Of a stretch of DNA of 64,000 nucleotides, positions 26,803-38,923 are shown in pieces. Within the stretch, counting starts at the first letter, position 1, and every line of letters starts with the position of its first letter. The stretch lies in NCBI GenBank assembly GCA_964035545.1, contig OZ037767.1:23700628-23764627 (forward strand). The letters run 5' to 3'. The translations under genes were made by a program, and so were the position numbers. This DNA comes from Bugula neritina. Lineage: Eukaryota > Animalia > Bryozoa. The notes beneath the pieces are model-generated. The model worked only from the letters and a program-made list of their open reading frames with translations. It had not been told where the DNA came from and ran no database searches.

Positions 26803-27930
26803 GGTTGTGCACCCTTTGGCAGAGCTTGTTAGAGGTAGATTACTCCTGTTCTATGGCAGTAAGATTTATACTTGGATAACCAATTTTTTTTCAAACTTAT
26901 TTTAGATAACTGTTATAAGTTATGATATTTCTCAAGCTTTCATAAGTAAAAAAAACTTCTGTCAAATGCAAAAAGTAGCCTATTTTCGTCCTTTTAAAAA
27001 TTCAAACTTTTGTGCCTCAAATATTTATTGTTGGCTATAGCTTCTTTTAGTAGTTATCACCTATGCTTTTTCAAGCTCCATTTGTGTAAAATCAAGACCC
27101 TACATTTTCAACCACACACATTATATTCAGCTATAATGCAAGTATTATATTCCTAAACATAAGCTTTATTAGTATATTATATTATTTACATCAATGAGTT
27201 AATACTCTACCCTGTCTGGGGTCAATGGGTATATGTATATACTCATTATCATAAGCTTTATAGACAGCAATCTTTGTAGTTATGCAGTTTCTCCAACCTA
27301 TAAGTTAAAATTCAACCTATAGATATTGCGTTATCACCATATATCATTAATGTTTAATTCTTATATCTGTATTTCTAATTTTTAATTTGAATTTTTCACT
27401 AGAAGTTGCATATCCATCTTATAGTCTTATTTTTGTCTGCTGGTGCTGAATTTTAATTATAGTTGTTTCAATTTGTAGAATGGAGGCAAAACCTTCATAC
27501 CGGACAGACATTCGACTCAGAGAACAACATTAAGAGACTTATTGCTAGATAAGCAAGACACCACTACTGAAGATGCTATGCATTGTCTACACTGACAGAC
27601 GCTTGCCTCTCTCTAATTTGTAGAATAAGATAACATTTCTGTTTGTCTCTTGGTAAGCCAAGTAACTTAAAGCACAAAGTTCTAATTTTTAGTTTAATAG
27701 AAATATAAATTTGTTGTTTAAATTTTTATTTGCATGTTTGCTGTGTTCATTACTAGCACTATTGTTTTTATGAATTTAAATCTTTTTGTAAATTTTGTTT
27801 TTCTAGTTTCCAAATATAATTACTGAATTGATTTTATTTTATTTTATTTATTAATATTTCAGCTGCATGAGAGAAAAGTCACAAGTACAAAGTTATAAGA
27901 ATATGACAATTCTGAAAGATTATAGAAAAG
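26803..27930 (+). pseudogene. Decayed spliced coding relic (3 phase-compatible exons with in-frame stops) or lncRNA
   Basis: AG/GT-bounded segments 26803-26858 (LCTLWQSLLEVDYSCSMA), 27479-27652 (NGGKTFIPDRHSTQRTTLRDLLLDKQ..., 3 stops) and 27863-27930 (2 stops). Confidence 0.4.
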
Positions 27931-28535
27931 GTAAAGAAAAAAGCAACAAGCTTGCAATTATTGAAACTGAAAAGTTTAGCATAATTCCATAGTACAAAAA
28001 TATGTAGTTTAAAGGGGGGTGTGTGTAATGTCCGTATTAGATTAGAGATTGTAGTTGTAACCTTTTACCCATGGTCTCACAATTTAAAAACAAACAGCTT
28101 TACGAAGAAATAATAAACGCTGTATAGAAATAAAATTTGTGCAAATAAAATAGAATAAAAAAAAATAGTGATGATATAGTGATTTCATCACTTAACATAT
28201 ATTAGGCTCTTCAATCACATTTGAGCACAAGGCTGGAAGATGCACACATTCGAAAGGCTAAATAAATTCACAGTCAAATCTTTTATTTGAACAGAACTGG
28301 GCACTTTGTTATACAAGATACTTTACAAAAAGCCACGTAACACATGCAACCTTTGTTTTGAATTAAAATATAAATATTATTGCAATGTTTTTAATCACTT
28401 TACATTTTATACCACCACTTTGGTAAAGCAGAATTATGTTTTTGCAACATTCCAGAACATTTTAAGACAGAAACAGTTATAAAAGGTAAGATTACGATAA
28501 CTTTCAAATAATAGCCGTATGATCAAATGTTGACA

Positions 28536-31500
28536 CTAGGCTTGCTTTTGTGGGAACTGTGTGTAATCTGACCTCCACTTGACGAGGTCACTGGGTGGCA
28601 CTCCAATTCTTACCTTCTTGTTCACAGTATCTCTGGTGAAGTAGTATCCACAAGTAGGCTGCAATAATTTACATCCGTGACAGATAGTTTCACACAGCAT
28701 TTACAATTTCCTATTTTCAGCTAGCGTCAATTTAGTATTACATATACTGTTTATTTAACTATTGCAAAATAACTGCATAGACAGCTTGATCAATGTTAAC
28801 TGTATAAATATTAGCTTGTTGAAATGCTGAATAATATTATATTGTGCATCACTTTGGCAGCACATTATCCACCTTGTTTCTTATTGCAACAAATTTATTT
28901 CTTTGGTTCGAAGTGGCTCACTAGTTTGGTTGGGTCTGGACATCATCAAATAAAAGTTAAAGAATTTCTAAAACACTTCAAATTTATGCAGTATTGAAAA
29001 ATTTCTACATCTTAGCTTAGTTCAAAGTTTATACTTTTAAGCCAACCTAATGATCAGCTGCGTGTTGCAGCAACTAAAAGTAGGATGCAGTGAAGGTCAG
29101 CAATAATTACTATAGTATAGTGTTATAATCTTACCACAGACTTCAGATCTGACTGGAAAAATCATATCAGCAAAAACACAGAATTTCTTATAAAACAAAA
29201 TTGTTTGAGCGTACAGCCCTCGGTCTGAAGATGATAGCTAAGATACACATACATAATAGGAAAATTTAAATACTGCTAATAGACAGAACGTGTTAGAGAT
29301 TATTTAAGGTTTTACCTTAGGAGCAAGAGTGGTGAATGGAGCAATGGAGTTGTTACGAGAAGATTTGACAGCCATGTCATTCTGTGTCTGGAGAGGCTGC
29401 AATGAGGGGGTCACAGGAGTGTAGGGGTCTAGTAATGGTAGACTCTGTCTATTAGATGTCACATCCACTCGTTTCGATCTATGAAAAAATTAGTAGAAAC
29501 CTCCATGCTCAATATTAGCTTACTAGCACCTACTAAACATAATATTATGGAACCAGAAGTTAGGCAATGACAAGGGAGGATTCTGTAACATCTTGCTTGT
29601 AATATATTGTGGATCACAACTGCATTTGGTGGCAATATTTTAATATATAAACAAAAGATGCTGTTGCATAAAGAAAGCAAAAATTTGAAGCTAAATTGGT
29701 TTGAGAAATATCTTACTTATGTTATACATAACATCACATAGTTACGGTAGGTTAAAATTATAATCATAATAAAAGAATGTAAAATATTTTACAAACACAA
29801 AGCTATTACTTCTGCAACTTAAATATTTGTTGGCTACTTTTTTGAACAAGATGATTCATTACTGAGACATATTCTGACTGCAACAATTACAGCCTTTATA
29901 TCATTATATGGTCCACATTAACTGAATCACTTACCTTGTGACATCAAAGTTTTGAAGCGGCTTCACCCCAATTTTGTTGGCCCGTTTTTGCTCCAAACTT
30001 TCATAGACAACCACTCTTAAGTCAGACTGAGCCCCTGAGTCTTCCATGCTCTGATATTTTCCTAAAAGACAACACATTTCAGTACAAAATTAAATGAAGA
30101 TGTTAAAATAAACTGCAAAAGGAGCCGCAAAATTGGATATATTAATTGTCTGTTGACATCTTGGAAGGTTATTTCTCAAAGATGAAAATTCTGTGTTAAT
30201 TGGTATAGAGCGAGGTGTTCTAGTGCAGCACCATAATAGCGCTTTTTCATGCTACTATAACTATACTCTAATAATTCTATCCGCATGTCGTAAAAAAATT
30301 GCACATAATATTATTCTTTCAAAGAACCTAATTTAATTGCTAATTTTGTCTGTTGCTATAGACTCCTGTGCCTCATCTGAACAAGTCCTTAGCCCGATCT
30401 AACAAAAACCCTTTTCATCAGGGTTTCTCACAGGATGGCAGCTATAAACTTGCTTGAGTTTTTTATATACTACAGTATATATACATACCCAATAATTATA
30501 AACTCTTTAGTATTATATGCACTTTACAGTTAATCATGATAACTCTGAATATGATTTTTATTGAGTATTTTGTTTTGTGAGCCCCACCTGAAACATAATC
30601 CTTTTGTAAAAAAAATTATTACAAACACATCTATAAATCAGAGTTTTTAAAAAATGTCAACGTGCAGTTCAAATTAGCACAAGCTGGCTAGGAGTGTAAA
30701 TTATGCTCTTTGCAATCAAAACAGAGTTATAGCATTGAAAACACTAAGAACAATGCAACTGGCCTGTACTTACTTTTTGCAAAGTTTTAAAGTTATGGGA
30801 TATGTTATACTTGTAGGCAATATAGCCACTTTTTATCCACTCTTTATCCACCATCTGCTTAATTCTGTTATGTTTGCTGTCAGTTGTATTCACTTTTGTT
30901 ATTGCCTGCCACGTTATTGATACAAATGTAACTAAGGCTTCAATTTTGTGTACAATTGATTGACTTGTGTAAGAAACCTCGTAGGGCCTGTTAGTTATCT
31001 GATAAAAAATACACAAACTGAACAAATAATCAAACAAGACAAAACAGTCTACTAGCTAAAACATTCGATGATTAGGCACTTGCAATGTTCTAGAAAAAGT
31101 CGTACTGCATGCAAGAGCATGTAATTTTAGGTGAAAGTTGATATCTTTAATTCTTGGTACTTTTTATACAGAATGTTGCATCAGCATGCAGTAATCTGAA
31201 GTCAGTGATGTAGAATAGTGGGTCAAGCTCCCTAACAATTATTGGAAAAAAAATTTATAGAAACATAAACTTTATTCTAGGGTCATTTTCCGAAAATGAA
31301 ATTTCGAAAAGAAGACCACCAAAAAATAAACTTAATTGCTTATAAACTGAAATTTCTCTGTTTAAATAACATGTTTATATATCAAAACGTCATGATGGTA
31401 TAGGAATTCATGGCTTTGAATATAAATAGCTCTCAATATGATACAACTTGCAAATGATAAGTTTTAACTAAGTTATTGAAGGCATACTAGCAATCCATAG

Positions 31501-34500
31501 CTCTTTCTCACTTATAATAATTAGACAAATAAAGTTAAATGTTTCTATCAGACACTAAATAAGCATAAACTTTTGCTGAAGTATGTATGGGTATTTTCAT
31601 GCAGCAGCATTAGCAACTAAGACTACCATTACTAATGATTCTGCAAAATTCAGAGGTTGTAGGTGCAGTAATGGAGAAATTGAGAAAAAATTGTGTTCTA
31701 AGTTAAAAATGTTGCAAAACAAGTTATGTTCTCACAAAGATTTCAACTGCATGGCGCTCCAAATCAAAATTTATTGAGACTATTAATGAACTTAGGTTAG
31801 CTTAGTTTCTCCACTACCTAATTGAAAATTCTCTCTACAATTAATCAGCTCTCAAGCATTAATAAGATGCTAAACTTACATTCAAACCCCAATATTCAGA
31901 AAAAGCTAAAAGGGCTACCTACTTAATATCATCTCATGACTTGTGGCACAGCTCATGTAACAAATAAAAGCTTATTTTGATTTATTTGATTGTGCTGACT
32001 TATTACACTCTACCATCTACTTTAATTGCTTACAAAATTATATACCTTCCTTCTTATGAGAGAAATAAACTATATTTTGTATTGATTTATTCTTTACTTG
32101 TAAACATAATATAGTATGGTACAAATTACAATGAGTTTAAGTGTTGGTTTCCAAGCAACACCCGTATCCTAACAATCTTAAGCTAATGTTATCATTTTCA
32201 TACAACAATGAAAATGACAACTGAAAAGTTTGTAGCTTTGGTTGAATTACTTTATATTATAATTTGATAAAATTGAAAGGCATGCAGTATCAAAATAGAA
32301 AATCAGTGGTCATCATAATTACTTTATTAATGAAAATACTAAACAGTGTTGTTAGCAGCAAGCATTATTGCATGCCCCCCCCCCACAGGATATATAAAGT
32401 GACTCATTGCAGACATAGCCATAGCTCCCAACACCAGTATGCAAGTTATGTTCTCACTAGAATTTCAACTTGTGCCCTAAACCAAAAAATGTTAAGAAAA
32501 CTGAAGAGCTTGGGACATCCCATTGTCTGTACTACTGCACCTAACTGAATATAAAAGTGTGATCTTTAGATTCTTAAAAGCCTGTTGCTCTTCTACAAGA
32601 CCGAACATAACACTTAGGCTATCTCAATTACTCCGCCACTCAATGAAATATAAAATCGTGATCTGTAATTTGCTGCCGATGGTGCTGCTGGAAGAAATGC
32701 TGCCCTATAATATGCAGACCAAGGTTTCAAAGCAAGCCTATTCTTGGCACTGTTGTCAATTAGTCTTGGCTGTTGCTATGCTGAGTTTATTTAAACTGTG
32801 CAGTTGATTAAGTAATTTAACAATTCCTATACACACAAAGCACATTTGAGTTTTGAAATGCAATATTGATTTCTAAATATATTAGTTAATTTGATCAGCT
32901 TTATTTACACAGGGCAGTGATCAAGCCAAGATAAATGTCTAAAATATAGCTGTGCCTACTGCTTGCACTCGATAGATTGTGTTATCTTTGTGTAGAACGC
33001 CCAGTGTCAAATTGGCCCCTAATATTGCAAATCTGATTAAATGCAATTTGGAAAAGGTCCATTTGCTATTACATTGTTTTAGAATTGCTGGTCAGCCTAA
33101 TGAATAAGTACACAAATCTAGGAATCTATTAATTTTAGAGAGAAGATACAAACTCATAAAGACTAGAAATGTTAAATAAGATGTGGAGGATTTAGTTTAA
33201 GTAGTACCAGAAAACAAGCTGGTGTAAAAGAAATATGAGCACAATGATGAATTAAAAGACCCCTGTAGGGGTAGGAGCAGAGAGCAGCCGTGGTCTAAGG
33301 GTTAGAGCGTTTGCCTAGTAAACACGAAGGTCATAGGTTCGAGCCCAGACAAAGGCCATTGGTGATGTTAGGAAGAGCATCCAGTCATAATTGCTCCTGT
33401 GCCTCATTTAAACAAGTCCTTAGCCCGTTCTAATAAAAACCCTTTCCAACAGGGCTTTCTCACAGGGATAGCGACTATAAACTTGCGTGAGTTTTTTTGT
33501 AGGGGTAGGAGCATATATTTGCAAAAGAAAAGCAGATGAGGATATCCGTTTCATTACCAACCTAGAGATCACTGGTGAACAGAGAATTATAAAGAAAAAC
33601 CTGGCAAAGGTGGGAAGATACAAATAAAATTTGTCATAAAATGCTGCTGGAGCCTTAAACAAGAAAATGTTCACACCCAAGTCAGATTGCACTCATCGTT
33701 TGAGCTTGGAAAGCTTTCAGAATGGCTACTTGTGCAGGACTATAGCCGTCTAGGTGAAAAAATAATATAGGTTATGCAAGGTTCTTTTTATATTTTGGAA
33801 GTTCTAATGATAGCTAAATCATTATATAGTTTTACTACTTGCACCTGTACTGTATTTTTCCCCTCTTCATTGTTGTAAAAATTTTAAGATGAATAGGTAT
33901 TTCACAATTAGCCTTGAAAGTTAAACAAATTTAGCTTTAGGGTCATTGCTGGAATGCTGATTTAAAGTCAAAGTTAGTTATTGGGACTTAAGTAATACTA
34001 ATTTTTTAATTTCAAATTTAACTGGCAATAGAGTTTAACAGACATTCATGCATATATACATTCTTCGTTTGCCTGAAATTTTAACTTTTACTTTAGTATT
34101 GAGATTTTAGAGTATACAATTCATAATAAATGAAAAGAAAACTTATCTTTATTGAAATAACTGCTACAGTTAGAACAGCGTACAACAATCTGAAAGTTTT
34201 TAGCGACCCAATACACAAAATTATGTTGTTGCATACCCATAATGCTATCAATAATCAATTATTGAACACAATAATTGTATATACTAATATTACTGTTTTT
34301 TGTATTTTAATGATAAATCATTATTTTACCTGTTGGCTGTATCTGAGGAAGAAGGGTATCCGTACGAGTAGGCCTAGTGTATGGGGAATAGGTGGACTGC
34401 TTTTGTTTGCCGTAGATGTTTGGAAGTGTTACCACGTTGTGCTTGGCAGTGCTCTCAACTAAGTGCGGCTCTTTATTGTGGGTGATCGAATCTCGGAGCT

Positions 34501-34504
34501 GCAT
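28536..34504 (-). CDS. Uncharacterised ~195-aa protein with a structured-looking C-terminal motif (PTCGYYFTRDTVNKKVRIGVPPSDLVKWRS)
   Basis: Exons 34504-34330, 30061-29935, 29478-29316 and 28658-28536 join in frame with GT-AG ends; TAG stop; minus-strand AATAAA near 28282. Confidence 0.75.
30363..30464 (+). mobile_element. 5'-truncated copy of the tRNA-Thr SINE
   Basis: Matches the 3' half of the 33280 copy (CTCCTGTGCCTCAT..AAGTCCTTAGCCCG..CTATAAACTTGC-TGAG-Tn). Confidence 0.85.
31660..31820 (+). mobile_element. ~160-bp MITE-like repeat family B
   Basis: TAGGTGCAGTAATGGAGAAATTGAG..AAGTTATGTTCTC..; homologous to 59813-59971, 58068-58229 (inverted), 58696-58820 (inverted) and a rearranged copy at ~32440-32640. 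Confidence 0.75.
33280..33497 (+). mobile_element. tRNA-Thr(AGT)-derived SINE, full-length copy
   Basis: A-box-like TGGTCTAAGGG, CTAGTAA loop, B-box GGTTCGAGCCC, T tail, and a perfect 16-bp TSD TGTAGGGGTAGGAGCA (33264-33279 and 33498-33513). Confidence 0.93.
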
Positions 34505-36289
34505 TCTGGTTGTTTAAGCACAATGGTAATTCCGCTTTATTGAACAGTTCAATGATTCTCTGAATGTTTGTTATACAATGGCGCAAAACTTTAGTCTATT
34601 GATGTGTTGTGCATAAATGAAGTAGCTTCAAACAAAATGCCAGTTTGATATACTGCATAACGTTGTGTGGGTAAATTAGTCTTACAGGATATTAAACTGA
34701 TTGGTTATAATAGCTTGCAATTGCACTCCTTGAACTTACAGATATTGATACGAAATCAATAACCTTGCTGGTATTATGATATATTGATAGATTGTATGAA
34801 GAAACAATAGGTAGTTCAGCGACTTTTTAATATATGCACAGCTATGTACAAATGAAAATAATATCTTGTTTGATGAACATGTAATAATACTATGCCATAA
34901 AACACCAACTTTCATGATCAATACTATGCTAGAAAGTTGTATAGTATGTGTTTCAGTGATATTGCATCACAGGGCATTATAAATCCATGGCTTAAATTAA
35001 ATGTTGTAACTTTTATTTCACATGTTAACTGTTTTATAGCTATAGCTGAATGCATGAAAATAAATTTTTGGTTTGATAAGAAACAATTGAAAGTTACTAT
35101 AACATGCTCCACTTTTCTATGTGAGTAGTTTTAAAGCCAACTTACCTATTAGCTAAAAGCAGGTCACATGCAATGCCACAATGTTATTCAGTACACATCT
35201 CATTTGATCTGCTAACAACAGGTATTTTCCTCTCTATCTATTATATTTTCCATTATCATTTTTAGCTATGGAAAGTTTTTTTAGAAGCTTCCAGTATGTT
35301 TTCCAGTTGGCTAAAGTTAGAAGGAAACAACTCCAATCTAAAAATTTACTAAACTCACTAAGCATCTCTACTAATAATCATCATCAATGAATACTTGCTG
35401 CTTAAACACACCAAAATTTAGTGCAAATAAAAATTATGCTATAGTGGAAAATCTTGAGTGATGCAAAGTGTGTACGAGCTTTAAGTTATATTATTATTTG
35501 TATAAAAAAGGTAAAGGAATCACCACACAAGTTTATCATATCCTTGAAAGCTTTCTTCAAGAATTCACTTTGTGAAGTTTTGCTTAAAATTTTGCAAAAA
35601 GTGCCAGCTGACAGCTGAATTTTTCAAATAATATTTTGTTGAAACCTTGTGCATATACATATGAGACCTTAACTACTTGTAATTGTTTATATGCTTTGTA
35701 ACTGATTTTAGACACATTTATATTACACATTTTATTATGCATTTAAAGACCACATATTTGCATACAAACTTTCGATCATTTCACCAAAAGACCTTCTATA
35801 TAGCTCTTTTACCTATTATTTGCAATAAGCCATTTTAGTTCATTATAGCCTGCCCCTATAGGCTATGAAGCGCCATTGTTTAAGTTATAGAGTTGTCCTA
35901 CCTAAAATCTTTGGAGTGAAATATTTTTCTCACATCAGTCAATTATTGGCATCGCTACACATACCTGCTCTACATATTGTAGGTGACTTCCTATTTGTCA
36001 ATGAGGTGTGAGCATAAAGTAAACCCCTGCGCTATTTGTAATATTAACTTTAGCTTTAACTCTCATATTGCACATTCACATTGAATTTGATATTTATTAC
36101 ATTTTCTTAAACTTCAAAACTTTTCATTAGTATTACTATAAGTATTATTATAATAATAAATAGTTACTTGTACTGTTTTTTATATTAAAAGTTATAGTTA
36201 TCAAATTCAATAATCATTATCATATTCTTAGTCATAATGATAATCATAATGATGATGATCATGATTCATGATGTTTATTTCTTTTAACT

Positions 36290-36800
36290 TTGAATAATTG
36301 TATTACTATTAGTATTACTATTAGTATTACTATTATTATTACTATTACAATTAATATTAGTGATACTGATACATTAAATTTAACACTAATAGTAATACTA
36401 ATACTAAATATTACTAATACTAATAGAGTAATACTAATACTAATACTAATAGTAAGTATTAGTAATGATTGAGACTGTAATGTATTACTATTAGTATTAG
36501 TATTACTATTACTATTAGTATTAGTATAACTTTAATTATATCAATATAATCATAATGACAGTAATAATAATACTAATAGTAATAGTAAAAAGTTATTACT
36601 AAAAGTACTCAAATTACAAATAGCTATAACTATAAGTATACGCTAAGCTTAACTAATTACTTTAACTATACCAATAGGCAATAGAGTAATAGTAATACTA
36701 ATACTCACTTTACTAATACTAATAGTATTAGAGTAATAGTAATACTTATACTTCTAGTTATATTAGTAGTAGTAGTAGTAGTAGTAGTACTAATAGTGAA
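36290..36800. repeat. Degenerate (TAA/TAG/TAC)n low-complexity tract
   Basis: Read directly. Confidence 0.85.
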
Positions 36801-37882
36801 TTCAAATTTATAATACTTATAGTTATAGTAATTGTTATGATAAATAACTTTCAAAATTTTATTTATGGTGAATAGCTCATAATTGTAATGATGCATAATC
36901 ATATCATAATGATAATACTTGTATATACCTAATTATTATCTATTAGTACTATGACTACCGAGCTAAACGTGGAACATTATTACTAACTTTCTAAAGGTAA
37001 ATTAGATATTAGACTTTATAATAATTATAGTGTTTCTTTCAGAGAATAACCATATGGATGTAATGTTTGACTTAAACTTGATAATATGTAATCTTAGTAA
37101 TCATAAGTAATACTATTTGCATAAGTCAAATTTCATAAGTATGACTACAAAAGTACTTATATAAGCATTTGATAAATCTATATTAGCATAGCTGTAAATC
37201 TTAGTTTGATAAGTAGGCTGGTTGCATTAAATTTAAATTAAATTAGAGCAAGTGCTAATAGTTATGAGTAATTTGAATAAAATGTGGGGGTGTATTATTA
37301 GATTATTTTGCTATGGCTTTCTTTTAATTTTTCCTTCTCCATGTCAGAAATGGCCAGTTTAAATTTAAGTATTTCACGATTTGTTGCATGCTGATGATAA
37401 TGATGATGGCATTATCCTGATAATCATTTTCATAACGATCACAGTGAACATGATAGTCACTCAGCCACTATGTAATTGCATTATTTGAATCTAATTCATG
37501 TATGAGTTTTTTATCATTGTTATAGGTTTGTAAGTTTCATTGGATCTGTCGAAACTTTAGCCAACATCTTCATTTTAATTTTAGATGATTTTTTTTTATT
37601 AAAAGGACAATTTTCAAAGTTTTATTAAGTTTTCTTATTATTTTGTATTCATTCAATAGTTGCAATTTTGAATCAAGCTGAAGTAACATATCGATAAGTA
37701 ATTAAATCAAATATAATTTAGTGGTATTATCAACCTTCAATGTTGTTATTTATTTGCTCTAGGATTCTGTTTTCTCATATTAACTTGATACCACATTAAC
37801 CAATGTGGATTTATAGTCACTGTGCCTGTGAGAACTCTCATGGAAAGGTTTTTAAGCAGGCTAGAGATTTGTTTTCTGTTGT

Positions 37883-37989
37883 GGCAAAAGAGTATGACTA
37901 AATGCCTTTCCTAACATAACCAATAGTCTTAACAAATGATTTAACTTCTGACCTTATGTTTACTAAGCAGTCGTCTAGCCACTAGACCA
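37883..37989 (-). mobile_element. Degenerate older SINE-head copy (a similar remnant lies at ~11610-11660)
   Basis: Reverse complement reads TGGTCTAGTGGCTAGA..GCTTAGTAAACA..ATTGGTTATGTTAGGAAAGGCATTTAGTCATA, matching the SINE 5' half. Confidence 0.6.
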
Positions 37990-38923
37990 TAAAACGTTGC
38001 ATAATATCATGTGATTATTTATGCTGAATGCAAGTACCATGTATTTATAGTAATATACACTTACAAGTTGAAGTAGTGTTGCCTTCCTACAAACTATAAA
38101 GGCTAGCACTCATGAAATTTTCAAATTTGTAGCTTGAGGAATATATAACTAGGTGCAAACTTCCTATAGCTGTCTTGATTTTAGTTGCATTATTATTATG
38201 GTTAAAATTGTTGTTTTATCAATGGTCATTACTATTAGTAACTAGCAACAAAGCCTATCAATAAACTATAACTAATAGTAACTAAAGAGCAAAAGTTAGT
38301 AGTTTATAATATTTAACAAAAATTTTTGTATTTTTAAAACTGGTGACAGTAGCTTTGGCTGATAAATCGAACTCTTAAGGGTTAATAGAATGAAGTATTG
38401 TAGTCACTTTAATGGTGTTTTACTGGCTTGAATAAAAAATTGTAGGTTGCAAGATTTATTAGATAGATTTTCCTAATTTCCTAGAATACACATGTTATAA
38501 ATTTGGCACATTACTTGTTAAAAGTTTTGTCTTTAAACTACCGACAATTGAAGTTAAGTTGTAAGCCCCTTTTATATAAATCACTTTTATATGCAATAAT
38601 AGAAGAATTTGTCACGCTGCAACTTTAGAAAATGGCAAAATTTTCATTATTTTTGTTGAACCTTAGGTACTAAATATAGAATTACAAGGTGCTTGTGTGG
38701 CTTGGTTTATTCCAGTTACAATTTGATATAAGATATATGTGGTTCAAAGTTCACACTACTTGGCTATACGGCAGCCAAAGGTTAATACCATTTCATCATT
38801 TGACTTTTTCTCAAATTGAATTAAGTTGTGTCTTTCAATTTACATTTTTGTAGACCTAAAGTTTCAGCTAGTTACTTGGCGTTTGCTGTTTTGAAGTCAA
38901 AATAGGAATACATCGAAAGAAAC

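Noticed and set aside
27479-27930. RIP-like C-to-T hypermutation as the cause of the stops in the relics
   Set aside because: All stop codons begin with T, so the pattern is uninformative without an intact parent sequence.
33280-33350. Functional tRNA-Thr gene
   Set aside because: No proper acceptor stem, followed by the SINE body and flanked by TSDs; the same applies to the copies at 681 and 53117.
37341-37372. Alternative PTPN11 start exon (ATGGCCAGTTTAAATTTAA|GT)
   Set aside because: Phase 1 is incompatible with exon 2; 38924-38940 (MLSNSR) fits in phase and has a good donor.
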